In this document: piece after piece, positions 12,101 to 25,805 of the stretch
Layout of the letters: each line of letters begins with the position of its first letter
Numbering within the stretch: the first letter of the stretch is position 1
DNA from: Callorhinchus milii
Taxonomy: Eukaryota
Direction: 5' to 3'
Assembly: GCF_018977255.1 (NCBI RefSeq)
Contig: NW_024704742.1
Span: forward strand, 30,134,001-30,198,000
DNA length: 64,000 bases
Notes under the pieces: model-generated
What the model was told of the DNA's origin: nothing
The model's database searches: none
Seen by the model: only the letters and a program-made list of their open reading frames with translations
Translations under genes and position numbers: made by a program

Positions 12101-15100
12101 CAGTTGCAACTGTGATGTGCAAGGTTTTGTTGCTACCCTCCAGGCTTGGTTGGGCGTGTGGTGCAACACCATCACTGGATTAGTTCAGTCAGATCAATTC
12201 ACGAGTCATTCATCTTAACCGACTGTATAAAATGAGCTCAACACATTTCAGAGTAAAGCAGTATTCAAATTGGACAAAACACTCTGGCAGTGGTAAACAT
12301 TTCCGCACAGCTTGTACCTTCATTATGATAATCATAATAATAATCCTTGCATTTGATACAGCACCTTATCACATCTTCAAGACGTCTCAAAGCGCTTCAT
12401 AGAATATTGATTATTGATCATTCCAGGCAGGCGTCTGACAGCTCCAGTCAATGAAAGAAAATTCTGCCCAGTCAAAGGTGTTGAATTTCACCTCTTACTG
12501 GATGCAAGATATCGACTGTTCTAAAAAAAGCAATAAAAAGACATTAATAGTTTTGATATAAGAGATTCATTTCACTTTATTTTGTACCCATTTTGAGCCA
12601 CATTTTAATAAAGTGGGGGACGGGGACAAAAACGGGTGATTTTGCAATTTTATAATTTTGATGATGTTTGGTGGGAAGTTACTGTAGCTTTTCTCATAAT
12701 TTTCTGTTGTTTACTAGAAAAGAGAAGTGACATGTGGTGTCTATTGTTTGTGAAACATGAAGTAACAACAGGCACAATCCGGGATATGTATCAATAATTC
12801 ACAGGGTCCTAATCATTAGAAGTGGTTGATATAAACTGTTACCTTTTCAAATATTCCACTTTATCATTACTTTGATTAATAATAACTTATATTTACCTAC
12901 ATCAAAATGCCTATGTAACAAAGTATTATAAACTGCTAATGTTTCTTTGAAGAAAGATGATGGTTAGTTAACATTAGCCCTATGATGAGCTAATTCTTGT
13001 AAAAGAATGATTTTTGTATTTGTGGTAGGAGGTTTCCCTCTAGTGGTAGATCTGTTGCCATCCAAACATTTTTTTTAACTGTTAACCTGTGCTAACTAAA
13101 TGATTGTGTACCACTCCACAGAGGTGTTATTATAATATTATAATATTATAATAAATAATAATACTTTATAATAATAATTTATTTCTTACATAAGACACAA
13201 AAAAGTCTTATTTAACTGTTCAGATGGCATTAAAAGATTCCAAGATCCTGTTTTGAAAAGCTGGGATTTCTCCTGGTGTCAGTCAAACTTACAAAAAAGA
13301 CAGAAGGCTTTACATCCTGCTGTAATTTTTTCTAACGTTCACACCATTTATGCTGCAGTTTTCACATTCAAGCCCCCAATGTTCCAGTTAATTCTGCCGC
13401 ACATTTCTTATTTGTGCATGTGGGAAACAGATGCAGTGCTATCGACCATCACCATTTCATCTTAAACAAAACTCAAAACAAGTGTTTAGTTAAGAAAACA
13501 ATTTAAACTTAAATTTAGTGCAACTTACCATTTTTATCTCATAGTTGCAACCTCTTTCTGATACACATAATACCAAAAACCTCACACATTTCTTATCTGC
13601 TGTATAACAAAACAGCAAGTTATATTTACACAGCACCTTTCAAGTGCTTCTCAAAACTGATTGGGAACCTAAGTTTGTAGTGGGAAGAGGGTGTTTGTGG
13701 GTGGGTTGAGGTTTCGCACTGAAGTGGAATTATTACCCCCCCCCCCCATTTATACAAGCATCAAAAAATCTGTATTCAAGCAATATGGAGTACAGCAAAC
13801 CCAATCAAACTTTAGTCAACTGTACGAGGGAAGTAAATCCTTTGCACACCAGTGAAATTTGCAAGGGCTATCTTTAAGACAGAATGGTGAAATTAGTGGC
13901 AACAGGAAAATGTTTGCCTTACAAGCAATAATGCAAATCCACAATTTTCAACATGTTTTCTTGCAGGCACTGGAATCCATCCAGGAAAAAGGCAAACTAA
14001 AAATGTGTCCTTGGTGTAGATGCTCACCAAGTAACTTTTATGCTGCTTGGCCTAACACTTGCACACACTTCACAGAAAACCTTGAAAAGAAACACAGAGA
14101 AAGTGATGGGCCTTTTCTGACTGGATTGTTGTTTATCTGAGGACTAAACCAGCACACAGCAAGCAAGCGAACTGTGTCAAAGGGGAATCATCTCCAGTTA
14201 TGCAAGACAAACCACCTGTATTAATACTTTATTGCAAATGAATGAGTAAAAGCATCATGGTTCTGTTAAGAGTAACAGAGAACTTTGGCCACAGAGAGTA
14301 ACTTTAGCATATCTTAATGGACCCTGGATTGAGAGAAACCGGATGAATGGAAACAGAGAAAACTGCAGAGATAGCTGTGAAATTGAAGTATTTAAGGGAT
14401 CCCAAGGGATATGGTGAGAGGGCAGGGAGATGGTGTTAAATTGCAGATCATCTATGATCTAATTAATACAATGGTGGAGCGGACTCAATGGGCTCTTATG
14501 TTAAATCACTCAGAACTTTTTTTGGTCAGTTGGGTGACTAACACGCCCATTAACCCATCACTATCTTACGAGTATCCAAACCAGGCAGTGTTCCACAGTT
14601 GCATGAAAATTTCCATGTGTCTGGAATGAAGGGCACACTTCTCCCCAGAGGACACATACTGCTTATCTTATCCCAGAAAGTACTAGGCACAGGTTAAGAG
14701 GCAACATTCGGGGGGTGTATTGGGGCACTACCACAGTTCAACCAGCTAAATAAAGCTTTGCAGCTTGTCATTGCAGATACTATATCGCAAGCTTCCCACT
14801 GCTTGCTTTGGCTTGCAGAATTAATAGATGAGTGGGAAGAATCCCTGCCCACAGTGGCTGGTCTGCCTCTCCAAGACTTGCTGTTTGAGCTAGACTGGCT
14901 GGTTTGTCAAGGGCCATTGGACAGAAAGATACAAAGCAATTGTGAACATTACAAAGTAACTAACATTTCCTATTTGTAATTGATTAATACTGTAGTGCAT
15001 TCTTGATAGCGAACAGGAACATAATTCAGCTTGTTTGCCGCTGTTTAACATCAATCATTCTTATACTTTGCCCTTGGACTGATACTGTGGACGACTCTTT

Positions 15101-15745
15101 CAATGACTGAAAGAGTCCTGCGCACGATATGGGGGAAATAAGCAAATGCCAAATTCTGCAATTGTTTTCCCATTACAGAAATACAGCAATTTAGCTTTTG
15201 TTCCACTTCAAGAGGTATTTATGTCTCTGGGTGTCACACATTCTGGTGATGTTTAACCAGAATCAAAGCTTGGTTTGGATGAAGAAAGCCCCTAGGCCCA
15301 TCTGATCGCAACGCTCTTGAATACCCACCCTATCTTCCTCTCAGCACAGAATCAAGCTGCTTTTTAAATAGTGACCAATGTCTTGCTCTCAACCACCCTT
15401 CCTGTAACCTGTTATTAATCATCCTCTGAGTAAAGAAAAACTTCCTGGTATCTGTTCTGCAAATGCCTTTGTGAAATTTGTTTTGGCCACAAAATATTTT
15501 ACAGTATAATTCACTTTACAATATAATTCTGTGAAGCGCTTTGAAATGTCGCAAAGACTATAAAATGCAAGGATTATTATTGTAAAACTAAACTCTTAAG
15601 TAATATGCTGCTTGGGTGACCCATAGCACAGGTAAGTAACTCAAATTTAAATATTTTTACAGTAAATTGATTGTTTTTAAAAAAAACATTTAAAAAAAGT
15701 AACTTCTTGACACTTTTATATAATATCATGATACATGTCAAAATA

Positions 15746-15751
15746 TTTATT
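15746..15751 (-). terminator. Candidate distal poly(A) signal AATAAA of RNF150 (about 8.5 kb 3'UTR)
   Basis: On the minus strand, TGTAAATA (Pumilio-type element, 15809-15816) precedes AATAAA, followed by GT- and T-rich downstream tracts. Confidence 0.5.
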
Positions 15752-18700
15752 AAAACAGTAATATCAGGACAAATGAAATGTCATTTAAAGAAATCAATAC
15801 GAAACATCTATTTACAAGTTATTTTCGGTGGTGTTAACATGACAGAAACAGTGAACAGTCTTCTTACAACCTGCTGAACACAAGCTTGCATTCAAAATGA
15901 ATTCATAGGCAATTTGAGAGTGTATATTTGTATCATGTATTGTAATCAGAAACAAACGATTAAAAATGGCTTCATATGAAATAATTATTATCCTGATATG
16001 TTCAAGTAAAATATCTTTGTATGCTTGTAGTGTTTATTCCTAAAAAAACTTACTAAACGTAATTAGAAATGTTCTCTATGTAAATGGCAGTGACATAAAC
16101 GGGTACATATTCATCATTTGCAGACTCCTGATTTCATTACACCGACTTTAAAATACATTCGTAGAAATGTTCACCCTGACTGATGCAGAAAGGATATTTT
16201 CAGATTGAACAGGTGTGTGGAAATGTTTGCATACAAACAATTAAGAATCAACAAACATATATATCCTCATTATTTGCAAATGATACACCCTAGAGATGAC
16301 CTCCCCAATCCCCTCAGGTGTCAACGAAACCCATAGGTTCAGCTGTTCTGAAAGAGACAATTTGAGCTTTTCGAAACATGAATGATAATCCTTGTATTTG
16401 CACTTGGCCAATATGCAACAGGAAAAGATGGTTCAGAATACAATTTTGGGATACAACTACACACTTCTTTCAGCTTCTGGGAAAAAATAATTTGGGGCAT
16501 ACTTGATTCGGTTTTGCTTTCATCAGTTAAGATTGATGTATGAGCGTAAGAAAACAAGTGCTACTTTTATCTCCGTCACACTTAATTTCTTTCCCTCCTC
16601 TCTCCCCATTATTTTCCCTCCCTCGCTTAAGTTTTCCTGTTTGAGAAACTCCAGCTGAACGTCAAGCAATGAACTGGCTCGGCCAATGTTACTTGCCTCT
16701 TCAAATTATGATGCAAATATACATCTCACCACTGTAGGCAGCAGCATAGAGGAGCCCTGAACCAATGCATTGTTAAGCGTATTGTCCTAAACAATATTTC
16801 ATAGTAAAAAGTTATACCACATTTGAGAAAAAATAATTGAATGGTTTCAAAGTTCTGGTCGCTTGACGTGCTGCATATTTTTAATTTAATAATAATCCTT
16901 GCATTTGATATAGCGTCTTATCACATTGTCGAGACGTTTCAAAGTGCTTCACAGAATGTACTGTAAAGTGAATTGACTGTATATTTTGAGAGTGAATTGA
17001 TTAGATCCAGTGCCTGAAAGGGAGAACTACCCAGAGAAATGTTTCCAAAGTTATTGTGTTCACAATAAAACTTGAAGTGATACTATCAGACAGCACTGCG
17101 TGTGGTCTCAATTTGACTGTGACCAATTTTAGATACACATGACACAATGATTCAGAAGAGCTGCATATGATATTGCCGAGGGCAGAGTAAACACTTTATA
17201 AATTATTTGGGTTACTAGCTGGAAGTACTACTGTACATCAAATACATCACGTTGATGGCAACTTAGAAAGGAAGCAAATGTTGTTAGGAAGTCATATTCA
17301 AGATGCAGAATTCTTGAAAATGACTCATCTCAAAAGATTTATGCATGCATGCTGCTATTTTGCATTAACTTTGGATATTCACTAACCCATGTTCCAAAAG
17401 GAAACACAATGTTCATATTGGGGATACTGAAGGCCTGAAATTTCATGACTTTGAGCTTAAGAACATTGTCTTAAAATTTAAAATTATGCAGAATTTTAGA
17501 AGACAGTTTTAAATTCAGTTTTAATTTGGAGAGCTGTTTTTTTCCCCACTCAGTTCTTCTAACACACAAAAAAGAACTGTGGACAACTGAATTTAAGACT
17601 AATCTCCAAAATGAAGGTGAGATTTTGAGCCAGTGGTTCGACAACCTGTAAACAACTGCAGGCACAAAATGTTGGGAGATTCAATTGGTAGTGACCTTGA
17701 ATTTTGTTTAACTTTGCACAGGGTTGGAATTTATAGTGTTTTCTGATAGGTTCTTTGTCACAATCATAAGACGCAAATCAGAGTAACATTTGAGGTTAGG
17801 AAATCACATAATAAATGCAGCAAACAACAGTTTCACAGTATTATCACCAATTAATGGGAAAGTTGCTAGTGTTTTTAAAGATTACAAAAACAATTATGGT
17901 GGAAAGATATGTTTAAAGCAAATGAAGATTGCACACAGATGACCTGATACCTCTGCAAAATGTTGAGAAATCCTTCCTAATGGTCTATCTAATCCATCCT
18001 TTCATTGAAATTGAACCTCCACATACAATATGCCCACCATACAACCCATAGTAAAAATCGCTCGCCTCTGACAAAACCAACAGCCCAAAGTGCCTGGTAG
18101 AAGAAAGGACGTGTTAGCTCTGAGCATTCTTTGTGAGCAAATCATCTTAATGTGTTCAGGTTTCTTTTTGTGAGAAACTGGAGTTTGGACAGGAGGAATT
18201 TGCTGAACTTCAGATGCACTGGACAACTGGCAAAGGTGACTGAACAAAGGAACACACTCTCAGGGCACTGTCTGTCTGGTTGGGATGCCACCGACTGCTT
18301 GAGAAACTAGGATATTTATATGGTGGGGGAAATGGGGGAGGGAGATCTGCCGTAATCTAAGAAACTAATGGAATGACTTGATGAGCTAAGCAACGTCCTC
18401 CTGTTTCTGTTAGACCTTGTTTGTTGCAGTCAATTTGGGAAGCTAGATTGAACCCCTGAATAAAATATGTGCTTTGCAAACTGAGAAACATTAAGGACTC
18501 GCTGTCTACTTTAAGGTAGTGCTTTTGTAATAATAAAGAAATCCCTAGCTGTTCCAAGCATTATGTTGGAATTATTTAAAAAGGGCTTTTAAAGTTAGTC
18601 TCAAGATAGTTCAGCCAGAATTATAATTGCCAAACACATTTTTCAATTTATTACGGCAGTCTATTCCTTGACTTGCCGGTGATCTTAAAAGAAAGCGCAA

Positions 18701-19754
18701 GACAAAATTCAGTAGAGAGAAAAGTGGCAAGAACCGAGAAATAGAAAGAAAAAAGCACAAATTAGAACACAGCTTTTTTTGAGGGGGTTGTGTGGGGGGG
18801 TGGGGGGGGGGGCTGAAAAAATGTCAGTTTTCATTGGAAGATATACCACAGAGGAATCTGTGGTAGAAATCACAAAACCTAAAAGGAAGTCACAAAGTCA
18901 CAGGTGCAGAATGGATGCAGTGGTTGTGAACCATATGAGGGACTGGAAGGAAAAGAGTGAAGAAAGCAGGGAACATCTACAAGATGCTAGTGCCTGATTT
19001 GCTAGTCCTAAGATTACCCTCTGGAGTTTCAGTGACCAGTCAGAACGTACTCCTTATCCAAGAAAATGCATCCATCAAACATCTTCCAAAACAAAGGTTG
19101 GCAACTCGGATCCAACAGTAAATTGGGAAACGCTTATTCCAGAGATTGGCTATTGGTGCCAAACCTAAATGAATTTAGGTGAACACATACACGAGAAAGA
19201 GGGGAATAAGGAATATACAAGAGGAGGCTTGGGTGCTCCTGTGGAATATAATCACCAGTACAGATTAGTTGAGCTGAATGAACGTATTCCGTGCTATGCA
19301 GTAATTCCATGTTGGTTTCTCATCAAGGCTTTTAAATTTTGTCCAGGCATATTTCAATGAGAGTGAATGATTGATGGATCTGCAGTTTTAAGTTAAAGCT
19401 TGTGGTTTATCACTACCACACTAAAATCTCTGGTAATGCCCTTTGCACTAGCGGAGATTGAGGCTTGCAAGGGGAAAATAGTCAAGAACTGTTAGACATA
19501 GGGCAGTTTTACAAAACGTTTAAATAGGAGACAGGACATATACGGTTAAGTGCATTCAGCAAATATACAGACACTACATTATCCATTTCACTCTTCCATA
19601 GCCTCAAATCTACACCACTCAAAAAAAAGGAAATATGTTGCTTATGCGATAGTTATAGATCTGTCACATTGCTACATGTGGATTGTATGGTTGCAGTTGA
19701 AGTGCTTGCCTTTCTGATTACCACATATAATGACTAGGGTACTGTGAAGAGAAA

Positions 19755-20112
19755 ATAATAATAATCCTTGGATTTGATGTAGCACCCTATCAAATAATTG
19801 AGACACCTCAAAGCACTTCATAGGATATATTGTAAAGTGGATTGACTATATTTTGTGGGCGAAATGCGGCAGCCAGTTATGTACAGCAATGTCCCACAAA
19901 CACTCATGGAGTGAGTGACTGATTTTATTTGGGGGATTGTTGGCCAGGACACCAGGAAAAAGAAACTCCCTACTCTTTTCGAATAGTGCCATGGGATCTT
20001 TAACATCCACCTGAACAGGTAGATGAGGCCTCAGTTTAACACCTCATCAGAAGGATGGCACCTCTGACAATGCAACCCCACCCCACCCCCACCCCAGGGC
20101 TGCATTGGAGCA
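19755..20112 (-). mobile_element. Deu-domain SINE (SacSINE1-like), 5'-truncated
   Basis: gaatagtgccatgggatctttaacatccacctgaacaggtagatgaggcctcagtttaacacctcatcagaaggatggcacctctgacaatgca matches the reverse complement of the recalled Deu core; same (TTA)n tail as the other SINEs. Confidence 0.8.
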
Positions 20113-20229
20113 TTGCATTAATAACACAATATTAACAGGGTAGACCAACATATCCAGGGATAAGGGGCAGAGATTGCAACACCTTAATGAAGAATGACTT
20201 CTTCAAAAACTGATTCACTGCGTATCGAG

Positions 20230-20830
20230 GGCATGATAGAGTATACCCATAGGCTGCTGACTGGCAAATCAAATTTAATAAGATACCGCATCAAGGAAAT
20301 AAAATAGGAGGCACACAGGCTGCATGAATGGGACAGAACTTGCCAAGGGTGAAGCTGAAAGAGATCTAGGAATGTTAAGTCAACTCATCACTCTCCATGT
20401 CAAAACAATGTGAGGAAGTAATAAACAAGACAAACAAGATGCTGGGCTATATTACCAAATTAGTTGAGCTCAGATCCCTAGAAGTCAAATGCATGCTGTA
20501 CAGTGCTCCAGTCAGGCTGCCCTGGAGTATTGCAGACCACTTTGGTTTTCGTGATGTAAGACAGCTGAGCAATAAGCTGTAAGCAATGATTAGACAACCC
20601 TAGTGCTCTCCAGCCTTGAAAAGAGACATTCAGAGGGAAGCTTCTATACGTTTTTACATGGGATTGAGAAAGTAAACCCAGGACAATATGTTCGGATGTG
20701 GCAGCAAAGACTTCTTTACCTAAAGAGTAATTAACAACTGTAACAGATTACCGGGAAGGGAAGTTGAAGCCAAGTCACTGGTGGGTATCCTGGAAGGAGA
20801 GATACAACAAGCCAAAGGGCATTCTTCATC
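20230..20830 (+). mobile_element. Old CR1 LINE ORF2 3' fragment
   Basis: ORF 20397 SKQCEEVINKTNKMLGYI...LYSAPVRLP resembles CR1 S.QC..A..KAN.MLG.I...LY.ALVRP; downstream ttctttacctaaagagtaattaac resembles FF..RV.N.W. Confidence 0.7.
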
Positions 20831-22380
20831 TGATCCTGTGATACAAAACGTGAGATTTTTGTTTAGGCTCCAAAGCTTGAAAGTCTCACGCAAATCTTTG
20901 ATATCATTGGATTTTATAAAAAATATTTTAGTTACAAAGTGACAGAAATCGACACCTCCCTAAACAATAGCTGTAAGCAGGAAGGGACAAATACATTTTG
21001 GATCCCCAGTGAAGTAATCTTACAGGTATATTTTGGTAGTTTTGTAAAGGAGTCTTTAGGGAAAAGTCCTAACTTTCACCAATTAGCAGATAATAAAGTA
21101 AGTAGCTATTGATCAATATTAAGAAGCACCTGGAGAGGTGAACATGTTCTTCTACTGGGGAAAGTGAACCCTCTTAAAATGAACGAATGACTCGACTAAA
21201 TTATATACTACAAGTTACATTATTTTTCCAGTAAATATATTCATTGCATTCAAGCTAGCTACAAACTTAAATTTGACACTAAAATTCCCTTCATGGATGG
21301 CCTGAACCTTTCAAGAGGGGTGGGAAAGCCTTTTCTAAATCTTAAAGCATTTTAAAATTAAAAACAGCTGGGGCTTGGGCTGGGAGCAGAGCTAGGAATG
21401 AGAACAGTGCAAGGTGGCTCGTTGTAAAGGAATCGTTGAGGAATGTCCTGAGGGTGAGGCTTTGTCAGTTGCTTTACTCCTATCAGGGGTGTGGGACACT
21501 AGTCCTAAGAATGCACATTTAGTTGGATACACATCTAAATCTGTGGCAATTAAGGCAAGTTTTAAAGCCAGAAACTGACTGGGCCTGAAGACCAAGCATT
21601 TTGAAAACCTTTTCTAAACACACAGTGACTACAGAGGATAATTTTAAACAGTTTACAGCAAGAGAAAGTTTTAAAAAGTCAATACACTTGAAAGTGAATA
21701 CATGCACTTTTAGAAGTTTCAAAGTGATCAGGCACTATGTAAAAAAATTATTTTTTTTCTTTAATAACTGGCAAATCAGATTATTCTCCCTGGTGCTGAA
21801 AGACGAGAGTTAATAACACCAAAAAACAGAAGAAATCAGTCGTAATAGCCTTGAGCAGGGTAGAGTGGAGCGAAAATATCATGCGTCATCAAGACTCAAT
21901 TTTCTTGAAGGAGAAACTGCTCATCCCCATGGCCTGTATGTGGAGGTTTAAAACACATTCAAGAATAAAGCTTCATAAAAGTAGCATCAATATTGCACAC
22001 AACCTTCATGGTTACTCTGTAAATTTGATCATTTGTAAGAAGAATGAAGTGTGATCTACAGTACATCATTCACCAATAATTTACACATTTAAACTTCAAC
22101 CTTCCTCGTGAGGGGAGGGGAAAAAATAACTTTAAAATGTATCTTTAATATGCCACTAACAAACAGTAAATCGCTTCTATAACTGAGTCAACTGGATTCT
22201 TAATTTATAGCGTAACTGTTGTTAGAATTTATCACCAGCATGACTAAATGTTTGTAGTGCCCCCATTCCAATCGATTTTAGCCCAAATTATGCGTGACTA
22301 TTTCTTTCCACACCAAATGAAAAGCAACCTCAGCTGTCTCTAAGTCCCTGGATGATAACAACATGACCCTTGTGCATGTA

Positions 22381-22750
22381 ATAATACTAATCCTTGCATC
22401 TTATATAACTCTTTCCATGTCTTCTGGACGACTCAAAGCGCTTCACAGAATATACTGTAAAGTGAATTGACTGTATATTTGTGGGTGAAACGCGGCAGCC
22501 AATTGTGCACAGCAGTGTCCCACAAGCAGTCGTAGATTGAGTGCCCAAATTATAATTTTTTTTTAAAAAAGGATTATTATCCCAGGAAAATTGATCGGCC
22601 AATCGACTAACAACCAGGTTCCTACTTACTGCTACATAAACAGAAGTGTGTGGAGTAAGGAAACGTGCCCAACATTTCGCCCTGTCGGGAATCAAACCCA
22701 GGTGTCTCGCTCGGTACAGGACTCCAGTGATTATAGCACTCGCATGTAAC
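22381..22750 (-). mobile_element. tRNA-derived SINE, long variant, with a rearranged head
   Basis: Tail, body and the extra aggttcctacttactgctacataaacagaag block are present; the head is partly deleted and partly inverted. Confidence 0.85.
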
Positions 22751-22802
22751 AAGTTCACACCATTCTTAAAAATAATGTTCCATAACTGACATAGGACCTT
22801 AT

Positions 22803-22808
22803 TTTATT
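22803..22808 (-). terminator. Candidate proximal poly(A) signal AATAAA of RNF150 (about 1.45 kb 3'UTR)
   Basis: TTTATT on + at 22803-22808, the first clear hexamer I noted downstream of the stop, at the end of a repeat-free UTR-like block. Confidence 0.4.
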
Positions 22809-24245
22809 CTTCAATGTTACAATTGTTCCAAGATTTTAAGGTAATTATTTGAAACGCTAACTCCTGAAAGAGTCAATTAAAGAAGCTACATAAATGACGA
22901 GTACAGTACAGTAGTTCCAATTTGTTTTAATATACAGCTCCTGTTAAAAGTATCTTTGTGATAGTCTTCTTTCCCACCTGGAGAGAGTATAAAACCTTTC
23001 CAACCCAGGCTAGTGCACAAAGGGGTCCTTTTAGGGGAGGAAGCATCTATCTGAAGAAAAGCTATAGCACTCTCCTAATTTCCTGAATACTTCCTGTAGT
23101 GTTTCCGAGAAGACGTGCGATAGACTGAAGGATAGCATGATGATACTGTAATTCAAATATACTTTCACATGCTTTCACTGAACAATAAAATGTTGTTAGA
23201 ACAGATATCAACTTTAGAAATTTGAATTCATGTAATATTTCAATGCAGACAGCTGGTTTAAAATACAGCTTTTTGTGCAGTTTTGGTTGAAGGTGATTGG
23301 TATTGAGCGATTCTGTTAAAATAATTTAGATTTCCATCACTTAAAAATTGATGTGTATACAATGCTTGTGATTCTTCTTTTCAGGCATGTACATTAATGA
23401 CCACAATGCCACATACTGAAGGGGAGGGTAAACAGAAGGGTGGAAAATGCCAAACACGAACCTCACGCACACATATGGACGCAACTCAGTCTACAATTGA
23501 TCCTTACAGAGTGCAAGCTTGCTGTTTCTGGAACATTCACTGTGTCTCAATTCCTGTCGGCGCACACTGCATCAACATCTCTACATAATACATCTGCTAG
23601 CTCTTCTGTAAGCTACGATATGTTAGCGATGGCAGATGAACTTTTGGAAGTCTTTTCAGCACCTGCAAGCTGACTGCTCTGATTTTCTTTCTTTTTTAAA
23701 TCAAAACATTTTGTGAAAGCTCACCACACAAACGGTTAATATTTCACTGCGGGTTCAGGAATTGGAAGCCGATTCAGTTCATAACTTAGATGCACCGACT
23801 GTATGTTATAATATTGAGGCAGTGATTCCAAGGATCTGTCCTTTTAATACAAAAACTGGAAATGCTTTAGGAACAAACTCTTGAAAAGGCTGGGGCCAGT
23901 CACAAAAACTAACAAAAAGAGAGGAAAAAAAACATACATTTGTAAAGATGACTATAGGGATAAAGCAAAAAAACACACAAATTGCAAATTTTTTCATGTA
24001 TTGTAGGTCGGTTAAAGAAGTTTTTTTTTATATAGGAATGGGCAAGAGATAAGCTTGCAGGTTCCTCATGGTGAAGATGGACATCAATGCTAAAGAAGCT
24101 GTGTCTAGGAAGAGTAAACGATTGTCGCTATTGCTCTCACAAACATCCCAATTTTGAGTGCATTGAATATTTGTTGCAGTCACTCTGTGAGCTTGGCCTG
24201 GTCCAAATCCAGAGAGAGAAAGAGAGATATAAAGTTCATCTCCTT

Positions 24246-24364
24246 TCATGATTTCACTTCTTCGCAGTCCTGGTCGGTGGAGAGTTCCACGTCAGAAAGT
24301 CCAACTTCAACAGCGAGAATCAATGAGGTGTCGGAATCACTACTCACAACTCGTTCTTCATCAT
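24246..24364 (-). CDS. RNF150: RNF150 terminal coding exon, (N)DEERVVSSDSDTSLILAVEVGLSDVELSTDQDCEEVKS*
   Basis: Acceptor tttgtttaaAG, phase 1 matching the previous exon, TGA at 24246-24248. The C-terminus EVGLSDVELSTDQDCEEVKS matches recalled RNF150. Not in the supplied ORF track. Confidence 0.95.
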
Positions 24365-24859
24365 CTTTAAACAAATAACAAAAGAGTGAATTTATTTTGC
24401 ATAATTGGCATTTATGCTTTCAAATACACAGAAGCGTAAACCCACATTAATTGAACAACCACAAATATTTTACTCCACGAATGCTGACAAATGTACTCTT
24501 TGAATTATAAGCAAAATTACACGTGACTGTTTACTACCTGGTTGAAATGAACTGCACTGCCAATTTGTGACTATAATGATTTCTAAAATGCTTCTTGCCC
24601 GAAAATGAACAAATGCATTATAGAAATATAGCCAGCATGGTGAAAAAAATAGGTGTGAACCAAAGTTCGTCTAAAGTGCTATTGCATTTCACTTATTTTT
24701 TTCCTTCCACATAATTCCATTCCTTTCCAAGAGGAAAGCAGGGAAAAGGTATCTGACCTTTTTGTCCACTTCACTGGTTGTAACTCGCTACTGTGTAACA
24801 GTGGCAGGGAGTGACCATTGGCATTCGGTCCCCAAATCTCCATGTAATCTTTGCCAAGA

Positions 24860-25070
24860 TGGTTAACTCACCAAGGGATGCACTGTGGGTCCAAGCTTAA
24901 CGTGGTATGAGTATCAGGAAGGTCCCAGATCCAATTCCTGATCTAACATGAGACAGTAGTGGTGGCACTACAATTGGCTTTAGACTCCATGTTATGTAAG
25001 GAAAATACAAGTTAGATGGGGTCCCTCCGCATCAGGTCGGAAGTACATGTGTGCGTGGAGATTGGAGGAT
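24860..25070 (+). mobile_element. Old AmnSINE2-like SINE fragment
   Basis: caggaaggtcccagatccaattcctgatct...ggtggcactacaattggcttt...gaagtacatgtgtgcgtgg resembles the recalled AmnSINE2-type consensus. Confidence 0.45.
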
Positions 25071-25317
25071 CCCTGAAAATTTTGACGGTCTTAGCCTTAA
25101 GACTGCTGTCTCAAAATTTTGTAAAATTCTGTGCAACCATAATTTTTAAGATTATAGTCTTAATGTTATGACCAATACAAGTTTCAAGGCTATGACCAGA
25201 TGTAGATGTGGAAAGTAAGCAGAGTAGCAATGATTAGTTATAAATGCAGTTTGGCACACAGACCAGAGCATCCTGATACAAGATAAAGAACATGACCTAT
25301 TGCAGTTACCATAAAGA

Positions 25318-25670
25318 AATAATAATGCCCTTACATTTGATCTACCAGCTTTCATGTTAGGAAGATGCCTCAAAGGGCTTTACAGTATACACTGTAAAGT
25401 GTAGTGACTGTGTATTTTGCAGGTGAATGGCAATTTGCCCACAGCAATCTTCCACAAACAACGATGAAGTGAATGACCAATTTTATTTGGAGGATTGTTA
25501 GGCCGAGTACTGGGGAAAACTCCCTTCTCCAAATAGTGCATTAAGACATTTAATGTTCATCTGTGCAAGTAGATGGAACCTTGGTTTAATCCGGTTTCAT
25601 CCAAAGGAGGCATCTCCAATAATGCAGCACACCCCCAGCACTGCATTAGGGCGTCAGCCTGGACTACATA
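25318..25670 (-). mobile_element. Deu-domain SINE, decayed
   Basis: Tail plus cttggtttaatccggtttcatccaaaggaggcatctccaataatgcagcacacccccagcactgcattagggcgtcagcctggact. Confidence 0.75.
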
Positions 25671-25805
25671 CTTCAAGGATAAAAATTATGCTGGTGGCAA
25701 GCTGGAGCCTCAAAAGGAGTTCTGCCACCAAGAAATAGTTAAGCACAGGTTCCAGATCTAAGCTCTGACTGGTGGGGATAATGGAGGAATCAATGTAACA
25801 TCTAT

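Noticed and set aside
1..15700. Exons or promoter of a downstream neighbouring gene
   Set aside because: I recognised no CpG island or exon-like peptide; the ORFs here are TE-derived or low-complexity.
18780..18812. G-rich tract with G-quadruplex potential
   Set aside because: It is a simple homopolymer-type run on the non-mRNA strand, common and uninformative.
24154..24378. Plus-strand Ser-rich 74-aa ORF
   Set aside because: It is the antisense shadow of the RNF150 terminal exon.
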